From Gemmatimonas sp. (GTDB lineage Bacteria; Gemmatimonadota; Gemmatimonadetes; Gemmatimonadales; Gemmatimonadaceae), in NCBI GenBank assembly GCA_965279375.1, contig OZ257156.1, positions 1,920,001 through 1,984,000 of the forward strand: DNA of 64,000 nt. The letters are read 5' to 3'. The notes below the pieces were generated by a model, which saw only the letters and a list, made by a program, of their open reading frames with translations, made no database searches and was not told where the DNA came from. The position numbers and the translations under genes were made by a program. This document shows, in pieces, positions 7,832 through 18,876 of this stretch; positions within the stretch are counted from its first letter, which is position 1, and every line of letters begins with the position of its first letter.

Positions 7832-10117
7832 GTGTCCCCACTGACGCTTGACGATGCTGCCACGCTGCTGCTGCAGCTGGAAGCCTCCGACACTGCGGAT
7901 CTCAGCAAGCTGCGTGAAGCGCTGACCGATCTCGCCTTCGAGAATCGGGTGCCCCTGCGCGCGCAGCCCTTCGTCGCCCGCGCCGCCCGCGTCCTCGGCA
8001 CGATCATCGCCGGCACCGCCGCCGACACGGCCGTCGCCTTCACCGAGGTCAGTGAAGCGATCGAGGAAGCGATGCGGATCGATGACGCCGCGCCAAGCGG
8101 TGCGCAGATGGCCGCCGAGGTGAACGACGCGCGCCCGGACGAACCGATCGATTTCCCCGACGACGAGGACGAAGCGCCCGCACTGCCACCTGTGCGCGAG
8201 ACGCCGATGGCCAAGCCCGTCGCACCGCCCGTGACTGCGCCCGTGGTCGCGTCGGTGGCCGCGTCCGTCGCCGCGGCGCCTGTGCGCTCTCAGCAGCATG
8301 ATGCGGGCAGCGATCGCTTGCCGGACGATGCCGATCGGGACCTCATCCCGGACTTCATCACCGAAAGCCACGAGTGCGTCTCCAACTCCGAGGCCGCACT
8401 ACTGAGCCTCGAAGAGAATCCGACCGACGAAGAAGCGGTCAACACGGTCTTCCGCGCATTCCACACGGTCAAGGGAACCTCTGCGTTCCTCGGCCTCTCG
8501 CGCATCGCGGCCTTCGCGCATGAAGCGGAGTCGCTGCTGAGTCGTGTGCGCGACAAGGAAATCTCGTATACGCAGGGATGCGCGGACCTCTCGCTGCGCT
8601 CGGTGGACATGCTCAGCGCGCTGCTCGCGGCCGTGGTGACGGCGCTGGCAGGCGACGGACGTATTCCGCTGCCGCCGGGCTACCACGAGCTCCTCGACGC
8701 GCTCGCCTCGTACGATCCGGCATTGCATGCGAACGGTGTCGTGCTTGCCACGGTGTCCAGCGACGAAGCCGCGGCGGCTCCGCGTCCGGATATCGCTCCG
8801 GCGAACTACGCCGCATCGGGTTCCGCTGCCGCATCGTCGGCTGCGGCAACCGCTGCGACCGCGGCATCTGCAGCACGGCAGGCGCGTGGTGAGCCCAATA
8901 CCGACGCGACGATTCGCGTGCGCACCGATCGCCTCGATCGACTCATCGACATGGTTGGCGAGTTGGTGATCGCGCAGTCGATGATCGCTGGCGACGAATC
9001 GTTCGGCACGGGCAAGGCGCATGAGCTGCTGCGCAAGGTCACGCACTCCGGCAAGATCGTTCGCGAGCTGCAGGACCTGAGCATGTCGATGCGCATGGTG
9101 CCGCTGCGCGGCACCTTCCAGAAGCTGGCGCGCGTCGTTCGCGATACTGCGGTCAAGGCTGGCAAGCAGGTGCAGTTCGTGACCGAGGGCGAAGACGTCG
9201 AAATCGATCGTACGCTGGTGGACATCCTGGGCGATCCGCTGGTGCACATGGTGCGCAACGCGGTGGACCATGGTGTCGAGCCGCCGGAAGGTCGCGTCGC
9301 CGCTGGCAAGGCCACGACGGGCACGGTGCGCCTGTGCGCCTACCATGCGTCGGGCAACGTGGTTGTCGAGCTGATCGACGACGGTCGCGGACTCTATCGC
9401 GAGAAGCTGGTCGCCAAGGCCATCGAGAAGGGACTCATCGAATCCGACAAGGGGATGAGCGACAGCGATGTCTTCTCACTGATCTTCGCGCCGGGCTTCT
9501 CCACGGCCGAGAAGGTGACGGACATCTCCGGGCGTGGCGTGGGCATGGACGTTGTGCGACGCAACCTCGAGTCGATTCGCGGTCGCATCGACATCACGTC
9601 AGTCCCGGCCAAGGGTACCACGTTTGCGATCCGTCTCCCGCTCACGCTCGCCGTCACCGACGGCATGCTCGTGCGAGTTGGCCAGGAGCGCTTCATCGTG
9701 CCGCTCACGCACATTCATATGAGCTTCCGCCCCGAGCCGTCGATGCTCTCCACGGTCGTGGGACATGGCGAAGTGGTGCTGCTGCGCGGCGAGCTGATGC
9801 CGATCGTGCGTCTGCATCGCCTGTTCGATGTGCCGAACGCCGTCCAGAGTCCGCTCGAAGGGCTGCTCATGATCGTGGGCGACGGTAACCGCCGCACCGC
9901 ACTCCTCGTGGATGAACTCCTCGGGCAGCAGCAGGTCGTGGCCAAGACGCTTGGCGCAGCGCTCGGCAAGGTGCCGGGTGTCAGCGGCGGCGCGATCCTC
10001 GGCGATGGCCGTGTCGGGCTCATTCTCGATGTCAACGAAACCGTCGCGCTGTCGCAGAGCGACGAAGTCATACCGCTGCAACGCGATCGGGATCGCGGAC
10101 AGGACGTCGCCGCGTAG
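7832..10117 (+). CDS. cheA: Chemotaxis histidine kinase CheA
   Basis: HPt motif FRAFHTVKG, dimerisation segment TIRVRTDRLDRLIDMVGELVI, HMVRNAVDHG, SGRGVGMDVV and a C-terminal CheW-like domain. Confidence 0.97.
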   Translation: MSPLTLDDAATLLLQLEASDTADLSKLREALTDLAFENRVPLRAQPFVARAARVLGTIIAGTAADTAVAFTEVSEAIEEAMRIDDAAPSGAQMAAEVNDARPDEPIDFPDDEDEAPALPPVRETPMAKPVAPPVTAPVVASVAASVAAAPVRSQQHDAGSDRLPDDADRDLIPDFITESHECVSNSEAALLSLEENPTDEEAVNTVFRAFHTVKGTSAFLGLSRIAAFAHEAESLLSRVRDKEISYTQGCADLSLRSVDMLSALLAAVVTALAGDGRIPLPPGYHELLDALASYDPALHANGVVLATVSSDEAAAAPRPDIAPANYAASGSAAASSAAATAATAASAARQARGEPNTDATIRVRTDRLDRLIDMVGELVIAQSMIAGDESFGTGKAHELLRKVTHSGKIVRELQDLSMSMRMVPLRGTFQKLARVVRDTAVKAGKQVQFVTEGEDVEIDRTLVDILGDPLVHMVRNAVDHGVEPPEGRVAAGKATTGTVRLCAYHASGNVVVELIDDGRGLYREKLVAKAIEKGLIESDKGMSDSDVFSLIFAPGFSTAEKVTDISGRGVGMDVVRRNLESIRGRIDITSVPAKGTTFAIRLPLTLAVTDGMLVRVGQERFIVPLTHIHMSFRPEPSMLSTVVGHGEVVLLRGELMPIVRLHRLFDVPNAVQSPLEGLLMIVGDGNRRTALLVDELLGQQQVVAKTLGAALGKVPGVSGGAILGDGRVGLILDVNETVALSQSDEVIPLQRDRDRGQDVAA

Positions 10118-10215
10118 CGCCGTCGCCGCCAACGCTCCGATGACGGAGCTACCCAGCAACACGTCGATGGGACCGCGAGGTCCCTCGTTCCAAACACATT
10201 TTTGCCGAGCGAGCC

Positions 10216-10719
10216 ATGAGCACGCATTCCGACAGTAGCTCCGCCACCGCCACGTCTTCCCGGGCGGGCAAGTATCTCACGTTCTTCCTTGCAGGCGAAG
10301 AGTACGGGCTTGAAATCCTGAAGGTCAGCGAGATCATCGGCATGCAGCCGATCACGCGCGTGCCCCGCATGCCGGAGTTCGTGCGCGGCGTGATCAACCT
10401 GCGCGGCAAGGTCATCCCCATCACCGACCTTCGCAAGAAGTTCGGCATGGAGCAGGATGCCAACGAAGACAGCTGCATCATCGTGGTGCAGATGAAGGGG
10501 ATCCAGACCGGCATCGTCGTCGATCGCGTGAGCGAAGTCGTCGCCATCGCGGAAGGGGATATCGAAGATGCGCCGAGCTTCGGCGCCGGCATTCACACCG
10601 AATTCCTGCTCGGCATCGGCAAGCAGAACGGTCGCGTGAAGCTGCTGCTCGATATCGACAAGGTGCTGGTCACGAGCGAGTTGGAAGCGCTTGAAGCCGC
10701 CCAGTCGAACGCCGCCTGA
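10216..10719 (+). CDS. cheW: Chemotaxis coupling protein CheW
   Basis: YLTFFLAGEEYG, VRGVINLRGKVIPI and GIVVDRVSEV motifs. Confidence 0.96.
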   Translation: MSTHSDSSSATATSSRAGKYLTFFLAGEEYGLEILKVSEIIGMQPITRVPRMPEFVRGVINLRGKVIPITDLRKKFGMEQDANEDSCIIVVQMKGIQTGIVVDRVSEVVAIAEGDIEDAPSFGAGIHTEFLLGIGKQNGRVKLLLDIDKVLVTSELEALEAAQSNAA

Positions 10720-10733
10720 TCAACGGTTACCGA

Positions 10734-11573
10734 ATGCCCCCGAGCCCCATAGCGGGTGGAGCGTTCGCCGAGTGCGAGCTGACGTCAGCGCAGTTCACGC
10801 GCATCACTGAGTTGCTCTACGATCATGCGGGCATCCGCATGCGCGAGGGCAAGGAAGGGTTGGTGCGTGCGCGCCTGGCCAAGCGGCTGCGGAAGCTGGG
10901 TCTGCCCGATTTCGATGCGTATCTGACGTTCGTGATGAACGAGAAGAGCCGTACGGAATTCGCGGAGATGATCGACGCGCTCACGACGAACAAGACGAGC
11001 TTTCTGCGCGAGGTGTCGCACTTCGACTACCTGCGCGATCATGTGTTTCCCGAACTCAAGGGGCCGGTCCGCATCTGGAGCGCCGGCTGTTCCTCGGGCG
11101 AAGAGCCGTACACGCTGGCGATGCTCGCCAACGAATCGTTTGGTGCGGAAACGTCGCGTCGCGTCAAGATTCTCGCGACCGACATCAGTCATCGCGTGCT
11201 GGCGCAAGCCAAGGCCGGACAGTATCCGGCGGACACGATGTCGGATGTGCCGAGCGCGTGGATGCAGAAGTACTGGACCAAGAAGCAGGACGACGCAGGG
11301 CGTCCCGTCTCCGAAGCCGGACCGGCGCTCCGATCGCTGGTGCAATTCGCCAAGCTGAATCTGATGGAGAAGTGGCCGATGCAGGGGCCCTTCGACGCCA
11401 TCCTCTGTCGCAATGTGATGATCTATTTCGAAAAGGGCACGCAGCAGCAGTTGGTGGAGCGGTATTGGGCGTTGCTCCGCCCCGGCGGTCACCTGTTTGT
11501 TGGCCACAGTGAAAGTCTCACCGGGCTCACGCACCGTTTTCGGTACGTGCAGCCAGCCGTCTACGTGAAGTAG
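10734..11573 (+). CDS. cheR: Chemotaxis methyltransferase CheR
   Basis: TTNKTSFLRE, IWSAGCSSGEEPYT, CRNVMIYF and GHSESL motifs. Confidence 0.97.
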   Translation: MPPSPIAGGAFAECELTSAQFTRITELLYDHAGIRMREGKEGLVRARLAKRLRKLGLPDFDAYLTFVMNEKSRTEFAEMIDALTTNKTSFLREVSHFDYLRDHVFPELKGPVRIWSAGCSSGEEPYTLAMLANESFGAETSRRVKILATDISHRVLAQAKAGQYPADTMSDVPSAWMQKYWTKKQDDAGRPVSEAGPALRSLVQFAKLNLMEKWPMQGPFDAILCRNVMIYFEKGTQQQLVERYWALLRPGGHLFVGHSESLTGLTHRFRYVQPAVYVK

Positions 11574-11574
11574 C

Positions 11575-12087
11575 ATGGGTACCACCGTCCTCAGCCGTCC
11601 GACGGAACGCGTCGTCGGCGTCGCTGATCTGAAGGTCTCGGCGGTCGCCGGCGAGCGCATCATCACGTATGCGTTGGGCAGCTGCCTGGGCATCGTGGTC
11701 TACGATCCGGTCGTGAGCGTCGCGGGCATGCTGCACGTCATGCTGCCGACGGGCACCATCGATGCGGCCAAGATGGCGGAGAAGCCGGCGATGTTCGTGG
11801 ATAGCGGCATCCCGATTCTCTTCAAGGAGTGCTACAAGCTGGGTGCGAAGAAGGAGCGCATGATCGTGAAGGTCGCGGGTGGTGCACACGCGGGCGCGTC
11901 CGAAGAGGCAGATCGATTCCAGATCGGCAAGCGCAACATGATTGCGCTGCGCAAGCTGCTCTGGAAGAACGGCGTGCTGGTGCACGCACACGATACAGGC
12001 GGGATTCAGACCTCCCGCACGATGTGGGTGGACGTCGCAACCGGCGATGTCACGCTCAAGATCAACGGCGCGGAAAGCAAGCTCTAA
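11575..12087 (+). CDS. cheD: Chemoreceptor glutamine deamidase CheD
   Basis: TYALGSCLG, GMLHVMLP, KVAGGA and IGKRN motifs. Confidence 0.95.
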   Translation: MGTTVLSRPTERVVGVADLKVSAVAGERIITYALGSCLGIVVYDPVVSVAGMLHVMLPTGTIDAAKMAEKPAMFVDSGIPILFKECYKLGAKKERMIVKVAGGAHAGASEEADRFQIGKRNMIALRKLLWKNGVLVHAHDTGGIQTSRTMWVDVATGDVTLKINGAESKL

Positions 12088-12484
12088 CCGCTGCACACGG
12101 ACACTAACATGGCCTTCAACGTTCTCGTGGTGGATGACAGCGCTGTCATGCGACAGATGGTCGTCCGCACTCTCAAGATGAGCGGCCTTCCGCTGGGCAC
12201 GGTCCTCGAGGCCGCCAACGGCGAAGAGGGACTCTCGGTACTTCAGGAGCAGTGGGTGGACCTGTTGCTGCTCGACATCAACATGCCGGTGATGAACGGC
12301 GAGGAGATGTTGCGCCGACTGCGTGCGTCGCCGGAAACGGAAGCACTGCCCGTCATCGTCGTATCGACGGAAGGAAGTGAAACGCGCCTCGCAGCGCTGC
12401 ATGAGCTGGGTGCGTCGATCGTCCGCAAGCCCTTCGCGCCGGAGACCCTGCGCGACACCATCATTCGCATGACTGGAGTCTCTG

Positions 12485-14067
<1,583 letters not shown>

Positions 14068-14079
14068 GCGCTGCCTGCG

Positions 14080-14796
14080 CTAGGACGCGGGCAGCCAGAG
14101 TGACACGATGGTGCGCCCATCCGCACGCTCGCGGGTGAGTGTGCCACCACTCGCGCGCGCGAAAGCCCGTGCGATGCTCAGTCCAAATCCTGCGCCGCGC
14201 ACCCCGTCCTTGGTCGTCACGAACGGCTCTTCCGCGTTCGCCTGCACCGATTCGGCAAAGCCTGGCCCATCGTCCGCGACTGACACCACGAGCCAGCGCC
14301 TCGCTGCCCGCTCACCGTCGGCATGCGGGAGAGGCTCTGTCAGGATGCATTCCGCACGGGACAGCGTGATGATGCTCGAGGCCGGTGCCGCGTCGCGCGC
14401 ATTGATGAGCAACTCACGGATGGCGTCGGCCATCCACGATGCATCCGTCTCTATCGATGCCACACCCTCGCCGCTCGTCGCGTCGAAGTGCACCGTCGCG
14501 CGCTCACTGCTCGCGGGCTGCGTGGCGACGACATCGCGCAGAATGAGGTCCGGATCGGTCGGGCGAAGTCGCATGGTCCCTGCCCGCGCGAAACGCGCCG
14601 TGCGCTGCACATAGCTCACCATCGCGTCGGCAGCGCGATGGATTTCCATCACGTCCGCGTGCGCCGGGCTGTCGGCCGGAAGATCTCCGAGCAGCAACTC
14701 GCTGTAGGTGCGAATGACCGTCGCGAAGTTGTTCAGGTCATGCGCGATTTTGCGCGCGAACAGATCGGTGGTCGTGGCGGGGTCCATAGGTGCCAT
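14080..14796 (-). CDS. Histidine kinase core with no sensor domain
   Basis: H-box IAHDLNN within the first 20 aa, N-box ELLINARDA, DDGPG, EPFVTTK and GAGFGL. Alternative start at 14787. Confidence 0.85.
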   Translation of the reverse strand: MAPMDPATTTDLFARKIAHDLNNFATVIRTYSELLLGDLPADSPAHADVMEIHRAADAMVSYVQRTARFARAGTMRLRPTDPDLILRDVVATQPASSERATVHFDATSGEGVASIETDASWMADAIRELLINARDAAPASSIITLSRAECILTEPLPHADGERAARRWLVVSVADDGPGFAESVQANAEEPFVTTKDGVRGAGFGLSIARAFARASGGTLTRERADGRTIVSLWLPAS

Positions 14797-14885
14797 TGAA
14801 GAAAGGAGACATTGCGTCGATTGACAACCATCATTCTATGCGATGGTATACAGCATCTGCCCGTCTCCCGCCAATCGAGGTCGCC

Positions 14886-15482
14886 ATGTCGTTCGTGCCC
14901 GTCCGCCTCTCGCTGCTTGCTGCCCTTACCATTGCTCCACTCGCGCTCGCCGGCGCGCAGACGATTCCGCCCGTGGACATCCAGATCGCCTCAGCGGTCA
15001 TCGCGCTCCCCAAGGAAATGCGCGATGGCGCTGGCGTCATGGGCTATCGCACCGCCGGCAAGCTCGAGTTGGTGCGTCCATCCAAGAACGGCATGCTCTG
15101 CCTCGCCGATGATCCCGCGGAGAAGCAATTCCATGTCTCGTGCTATCACGACTCGATGGAACCGTTCATGGCGCGTGGTCGCGCATTGCGCGCCTCTGGC
15201 GTCACTGGCGCACAGGTGGACACCGCACGCTTTGCCGAAGTGAAGTCGGGAAAGATCAAGATGCCGACCGCGCCCGCGTCGCTGTATCAGATCTTCGGCC
15301 CCAAGAAGGATTTCAACCCGGCCACCGGTACCGTGTCCGAGCCGCGCTCGCTGTTCGTGGTCTACATCCCCTTCGCGACGGCACTCTCCACCGGACTGAC
15401 GACCACGCCGACCGACAAGGGACCATGGCTGATGCTGCCGGGCACACCCAAGGCGCACATCATGTTCAGCACGAGCATGTAG
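14886..15482 (+). CDS. Exported hypothetical protein
   Basis: Signal peptide ending AGA-Q, two Cys, C-terminal PWLMLPGTPKAHIM. SD GAGG. Confidence 0.8.
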   Translation: MSFVPVRLSLLAALTIAPLALAGAQTIPPVDIQIASAVIALPKEMRDGAGVMGYRTAGKLELVRPSKNGMLCLADDPAEKQFHVSCYHDSMEPFMARGRALRASGVTGAQVDTARFAEVKSGKIKMPTAPASLYQIFGPKKDFNPATGTVSEPRSLFVVYIPFATALSTGLTTTPTDKGPWLMLPGTPKAHIMFSTSM

Positions 15483-15492
15483 GAGTCCTCAG

Positions 15493-16137
15493 GTGACGGA
15501 GTTGACTGACGCACGGGCTCGGCGCGCGGTCGCCGAGCTCTCGGCGAATGACCCGAAGATGGCGCTGGCCATCGAGCGCGTGGGGCCGTGCACGCTCCGT
15601 CCGCGCACCGACGGCACGCACTTCGATCATCTCGCACGCGCTATCGTCTTCCAGCAGCTTTCCGGCTCGGCGGCAAGCACGATCTATGGGCGCTTCGTGG
15701 CGCAGTGCGGCGATGGCGCGGCGCCTACACCAGCCCAGATCCTCGCACACGACGACACGGTGCTGCGCGGCTGTGGTCTATCGACCGCGAAGACCGCTGC
15801 CATTCGCGATCTCGCCCGTCACGTGGAGGACGGGCGGCTCCCGCTCGATCGGGTGCACACGATGGACGACGAAGCGGTCATCGAGGCGCTGGTGCCAGTG
15901 CGCGGCGTGGGGCGCTGGACGGCGCAGATGTTTCTCATGTTCCGCCTCGGACGCCCCGACGTGCTCCCCGTACTCGACCTCGGTGTGCGGAAAGGCGCGC
16001 AGCAGATCTATCGCATGCGAAAACTCCCCGAGATCGATCGGCTGGAGAAAGTGGCGAAGAAGTGGCGACCGTGGGCATCGGTGGCGAGCTGGTATTGCTG
16101 GCGGGTGCTGGACCTGGAAGACGCCGGCGGCTGGTAG
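15493..16137 (+). CDS. alkA: DNA-3-methyladenine glycosylase (AlkA/HhH-GPD family)
   Basis: AIVFQQLS, HhH motif VRGVGRWTAQMFLMF, PDVLPVLDLG and WRPWASVASWY. Confidence 0.9.
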   Translation: MTELTDARARRAVAELSANDPKMALAIERVGPCTLRPRTDGTHFDHLARAIVFQQLSGSAASTIYGRFVAQCGDGAAPTPAQILAHDDTVLRGCGLSTAKTAAIRDLARHVEDGRLPLDRVHTMDDEAVIEALVPVRGVGRWTAQMFLMFRLGRPDVLPVLDLGVRKGAQQIYRMRKLPEIDRLEKVAKKWRPWASVASWYCWRVLDLEDAGGW

Positions 16138-16170
16138 CGCTCGCTGGTAGCGCTCGCCTGCAGCGCTCGC
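16130..16170. repeat. 13-bp tandem repeat, 3 copies, starting within the alkA stop region
   Basis: GCTGGTAGCGCTC GCTGGTAGCGCTC GCCTGCAGCGCTC GC. Confidence 0.75.
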
Positions 16171-16207
16171 TCGTGAACCAGTAGCGCCATTCTCCCGTTC
16201 AGCTGGT

Positions 16208-17587
16208 ATGAGCCAAACTGTCTTCACCAAGTCGTTGCGCGTTCCCGTGCCGGTCGAAACGCTCTTTGCCTGGCACGAGCGCGCGGGCGCGTTTCAACGG
16301 CTGTCTCCGCCGTGGGATCGTCCGCGCATCATCGAGCAGACCGGCGGCATTCGCGACGGCGCCAAGGTCGTACTGGAGGTGCATGCCGGGCCGATCGCGA
16401 CGACGTGGCGGCTGCGACATCAGGATTACATCGCCAACCAGCAGTTCCGTGATGTCCTGGAAAGCGGCCCGTTCTCCGAGTGGGTGCATACGCACCGCTT
16501 TGCGGCGGAGGGGGCGCAGGCCAGCGTGCTCACCGACGAGATCGCGTACGCGCTGCCCATGGGTGCTATTGGCGACATGGTCGGCGGCGGTTACGCGTCG
16601 CGGACGCTCGAGCGCGTCTTCGCCTATCGGCACGCGCTGTTGGCCGGCGATCTCGAGCGGCATGCGCAGTTTGCCGACCGGCCTCGGATGCGCGTGGCGA
16701 TCACGGGCGCGAGTGGACTGATCGGCACGCAGCTGGCGGCGTTTCTCTCCACCGGCGGCCACGAGGTGGTGCGCATCGGCCGCGGTGCCGTGCGGCCCGG
16801 TGTGGTGGACATCAGTTGGGATCCCGATCGTGGCACGCTTGACCCGCGCGCGCTGGAAGGCGTGGACGCCGTGGTGCATCTGGCCGGCGCGCCCATCGCG
16901 GATCGTTGGACCACGGCGCACCGCGCGGCGATCAAGACGAGCCGCGCGGAAGGGACGTCGCTGTTGGCGCACACGCTGGCGCAGCTCTCGCGGAAGCCGG
17001 CCGTGCTGCTGAGCGGATCGGCGATCGGCATCTATGGCAGCCGTGGCGACGAGCTGCTGGACGAGTCGAGCGCGCTGGGAAGCGGCTACCTGGCGGAGGT
17101 CGGCCGAGCGTGGGAGGGCGCGACCGCGCCGGCCGAGAAGGCGGGCATCCGGGTGGTGCACGTGCGGACTGGCATCGTGCAGGGCGCGGCCGGCGGGGCG
17201 CTGGGGAAGCAAGCGCCACTCTTCTCGCTCGGACTCGGCGCTCGGCTTGGCGACGGGAAGCAGTGGATCAGCCCGATCGCGCTGGACGACGAGATCGGCG
17301 CGCTGCACTTCTGCCTGATGCGGCCGGACATCCGGGGAGCGGTCAACTTCGTGGCCCCGACTGCCATGACCAACGCCGACTACTCGCGGGTGCTCGCCGA
17401 CGTGATGCACCGTCCGCTGCTGGCCTCGGCGCCGGCCTTTGTGCTACGCGGGCTGCTGGGGGGGGAGATGGCGGACGAAACGGTGCTGGCGAGCCAGCGG
17501 GTCGCGCCGACCGTGCTGCAGCGTGCAGGTTTCCCGTTCCGGCTTCCCAATCTCGCCGACATGCTGCGATTCGAGTTGGGGGACTGA
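16208..17587 (+). CDS. TIGR01777-family NAD-dependent epimerase with an N-terminal SRPBCC domain
   Basis: N-terminal FAWHERAGAFQRLSPPW...GPFSEWVHTHRF, then ITGASGLIG, SAIGIYG, RTGIV and LASQRVAP. Confidence 0.9.
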   Translation: MSQTVFTKSLRVPVPVETLFAWHERAGAFQRLSPPWDRPRIIEQTGGIRDGAKVVLEVHAGPIATTWRLRHQDYIANQQFRDVLESGPFSEWVHTHRFAAEGAQASVLTDEIAYALPMGAIGDMVGGGYASRTLERVFAYRHALLAGDLERHAQFADRPRMRVAITGASGLIGTQLAAFLSTGGHEVVRIGRGAVRPGVVDISWDPDRGTLDPRALEGVDAVVHLAGAPIADRWTTAHRAAIKTSRAEGTSLLAHTLAQLSRKPAVLLSGSAIGIYGSRGDELLDESSALGSGYLAEVGRAWEGATAPAEKAGIRVVHVRTGIVQGAAGGALGKQAPLFSLGLGARLGDGKQWISPIALDDEIGALHFCLMRPDIRGAVNFVAPTAMTNADYSRVLADVMHRPLLASAPAFVLRGLLGGEMADETVLASQRVAPTVLQRAGFPFRLPNLADMLRFELGD

Positions 17588-17650
17588 ATCGTCCGTATTT
17601 GGGACGACTGACACCAAAACCGGGCGAGGCCCGTACGCTTCTGCAAACAT

Positions 17651-17911
17651 ATGAACGCCATCCTGATCGAAAGCGTCCTCTTCATCGCCCTCTTGGCGGT
17701 GGTGGGCGCTTTTGTACTGACGGCCCTTGGCTTCACGCCGTTCGGCACGCGGATCAAGCAGACCGCAAACCGCCGTCGTCTCGACAAGGTCGCCGATCTC
17801 ACCTGTCCGATTCATGGTCTCCAGCGCGAGCAGGATCTGGTGCGCTTGACCACGGGTGAACCCTTGTGTCCACACTGTTATCGGGAAGCCATAGATGGCC
17901 ACGTCGATTGA
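17651..17911 (+). CDS. Small membrane protein with a C-terminal CxxH...CxxC Zn-ribbon-like motif
   Basis: Hydrophobic residues 3-30, then TCPIHG...LCPHCY. Overlaps the next gene. Confidence 0.75.
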   Translation: MNAILIESVLFIALLAVVGAFVLTALGFTPFGTRIKQTANRRRLDKVADLTCPIHGLQREQDLVRLTTGEPLCPHCYREAIDGHVD

Positions 17912-18869
17912 TGCTACGCTCGAAGGTCTTCGTAACTCCATGCGAAACAACATGACAAGTTCTGGTGGTGGTGCGGGTGGTGGTGGCCGCGGCGGCACGC
18001 TGCTCAAGCTTGCAGCGGCTGCTGCGGTGCTGCTGGTGGGCGTGAGCCTCGCCAAAAGCACGGTGGCCTACATCGAACCCGGACACGTCGGCATCGTGAT
18101 TCATCGCGGCGGTGGAGGTGTGGACCCGCAACCTCTGGGACCCGGCTTCCACGTGCGCAATCCGTTGATGACGCAGATCAACGAGTACCCGACGTTCATG
18201 CAGACGCTTGTGCTGACGCAGGCGAGCACCGAAGGCTCGCCCAACAACGACGAGATCAACGTCAACTCGGTGGAAGGCCAGCCGCTATCGCTCGATATCT
18301 CCATGTCGTTCGAGCTGCGTCCGGACAAGGTGCCAGCGCTGTATCAGACATTCCGCACGGATGTGAAGACGATCCAACACGGCTTCATCAAGCAGGCGAT
18401 CCGCCAGTCGCTGCAGGAAGTGGTGGGTAACGAGGAGATTGCGCAGATCCTTGGTCCAAAGAAGGCAGAGGTCGTGACGCGCACGCAGACCTTGCTGCAG
18501 AAGCGGTTGGATCCCTACGGCATCGAAGTGAAGCAGTTCACGCTCAACGAGTTCCGCGCACCCAAGGCGGTGATGGACGCCATCTCCCTCAAGAACGTCA
18601 TGCAGCAGCAGGCACTGACGGCGCAGAACGAATTGCAGAAGAACACCTTCCAGGCGCAGGGTGACAGCATCAAGGCGGCCGGTCGCGCGAAGGCGATTCT
18701 GACCGAAGCCGAGGCGCAGGCCAAGGCCAACGAGTTGCTCTCGCGCAGCATCACGGGCTCGCTCGTGCAGTACGAGATGGCCAAGCGTTGGAATGGACAG
18801 ATGCCGCAGGTGACCGGCGGTGCGATGCCGATGCTGCAGCTGCCGGGTGCCGGCAAGCCGGAGCAATAG
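17895..18869 (+). CDS. SPFH/prohibitin (band 7) family protein
   Basis: Gly-rich N-terminus, TM segment, IEPGHVGIV, LGPGFHVRNP, and a coiled coil ending AEAQAKANELLSRSIT...KRWNGQMP. Confidence 0.9.
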   Translation: MATSIDATLEGLRNSMRNNMTSSGGGAGGGGRGGTLLKLAAAAAVLLVGVSLAKSTVAYIEPGHVGIVIHRGGGGVDPQPLGPGFHVRNPLMTQINEYPTFMQTLVLTQASTEGSPNNDEINVNSVEGQPLSLDISMSFELRPDKVPALYQTFRTDVKTIQHGFIKQAIRQSLQEVVGNEEIAQILGPKKAEVVTRTQTLLQKRLDPYGIEVKQFTLNEFRAPKAVMDAISLKNVMQQQALTAQNELQKNTFQAQGDSIKAAGRAKAILTEAEAQAKANELLSRSITGSLVQYEMAKRWNGQMPQVTGGAMPMLQLPGAGKPEQ

Positions 18870-18876
18870 GGTGCCG

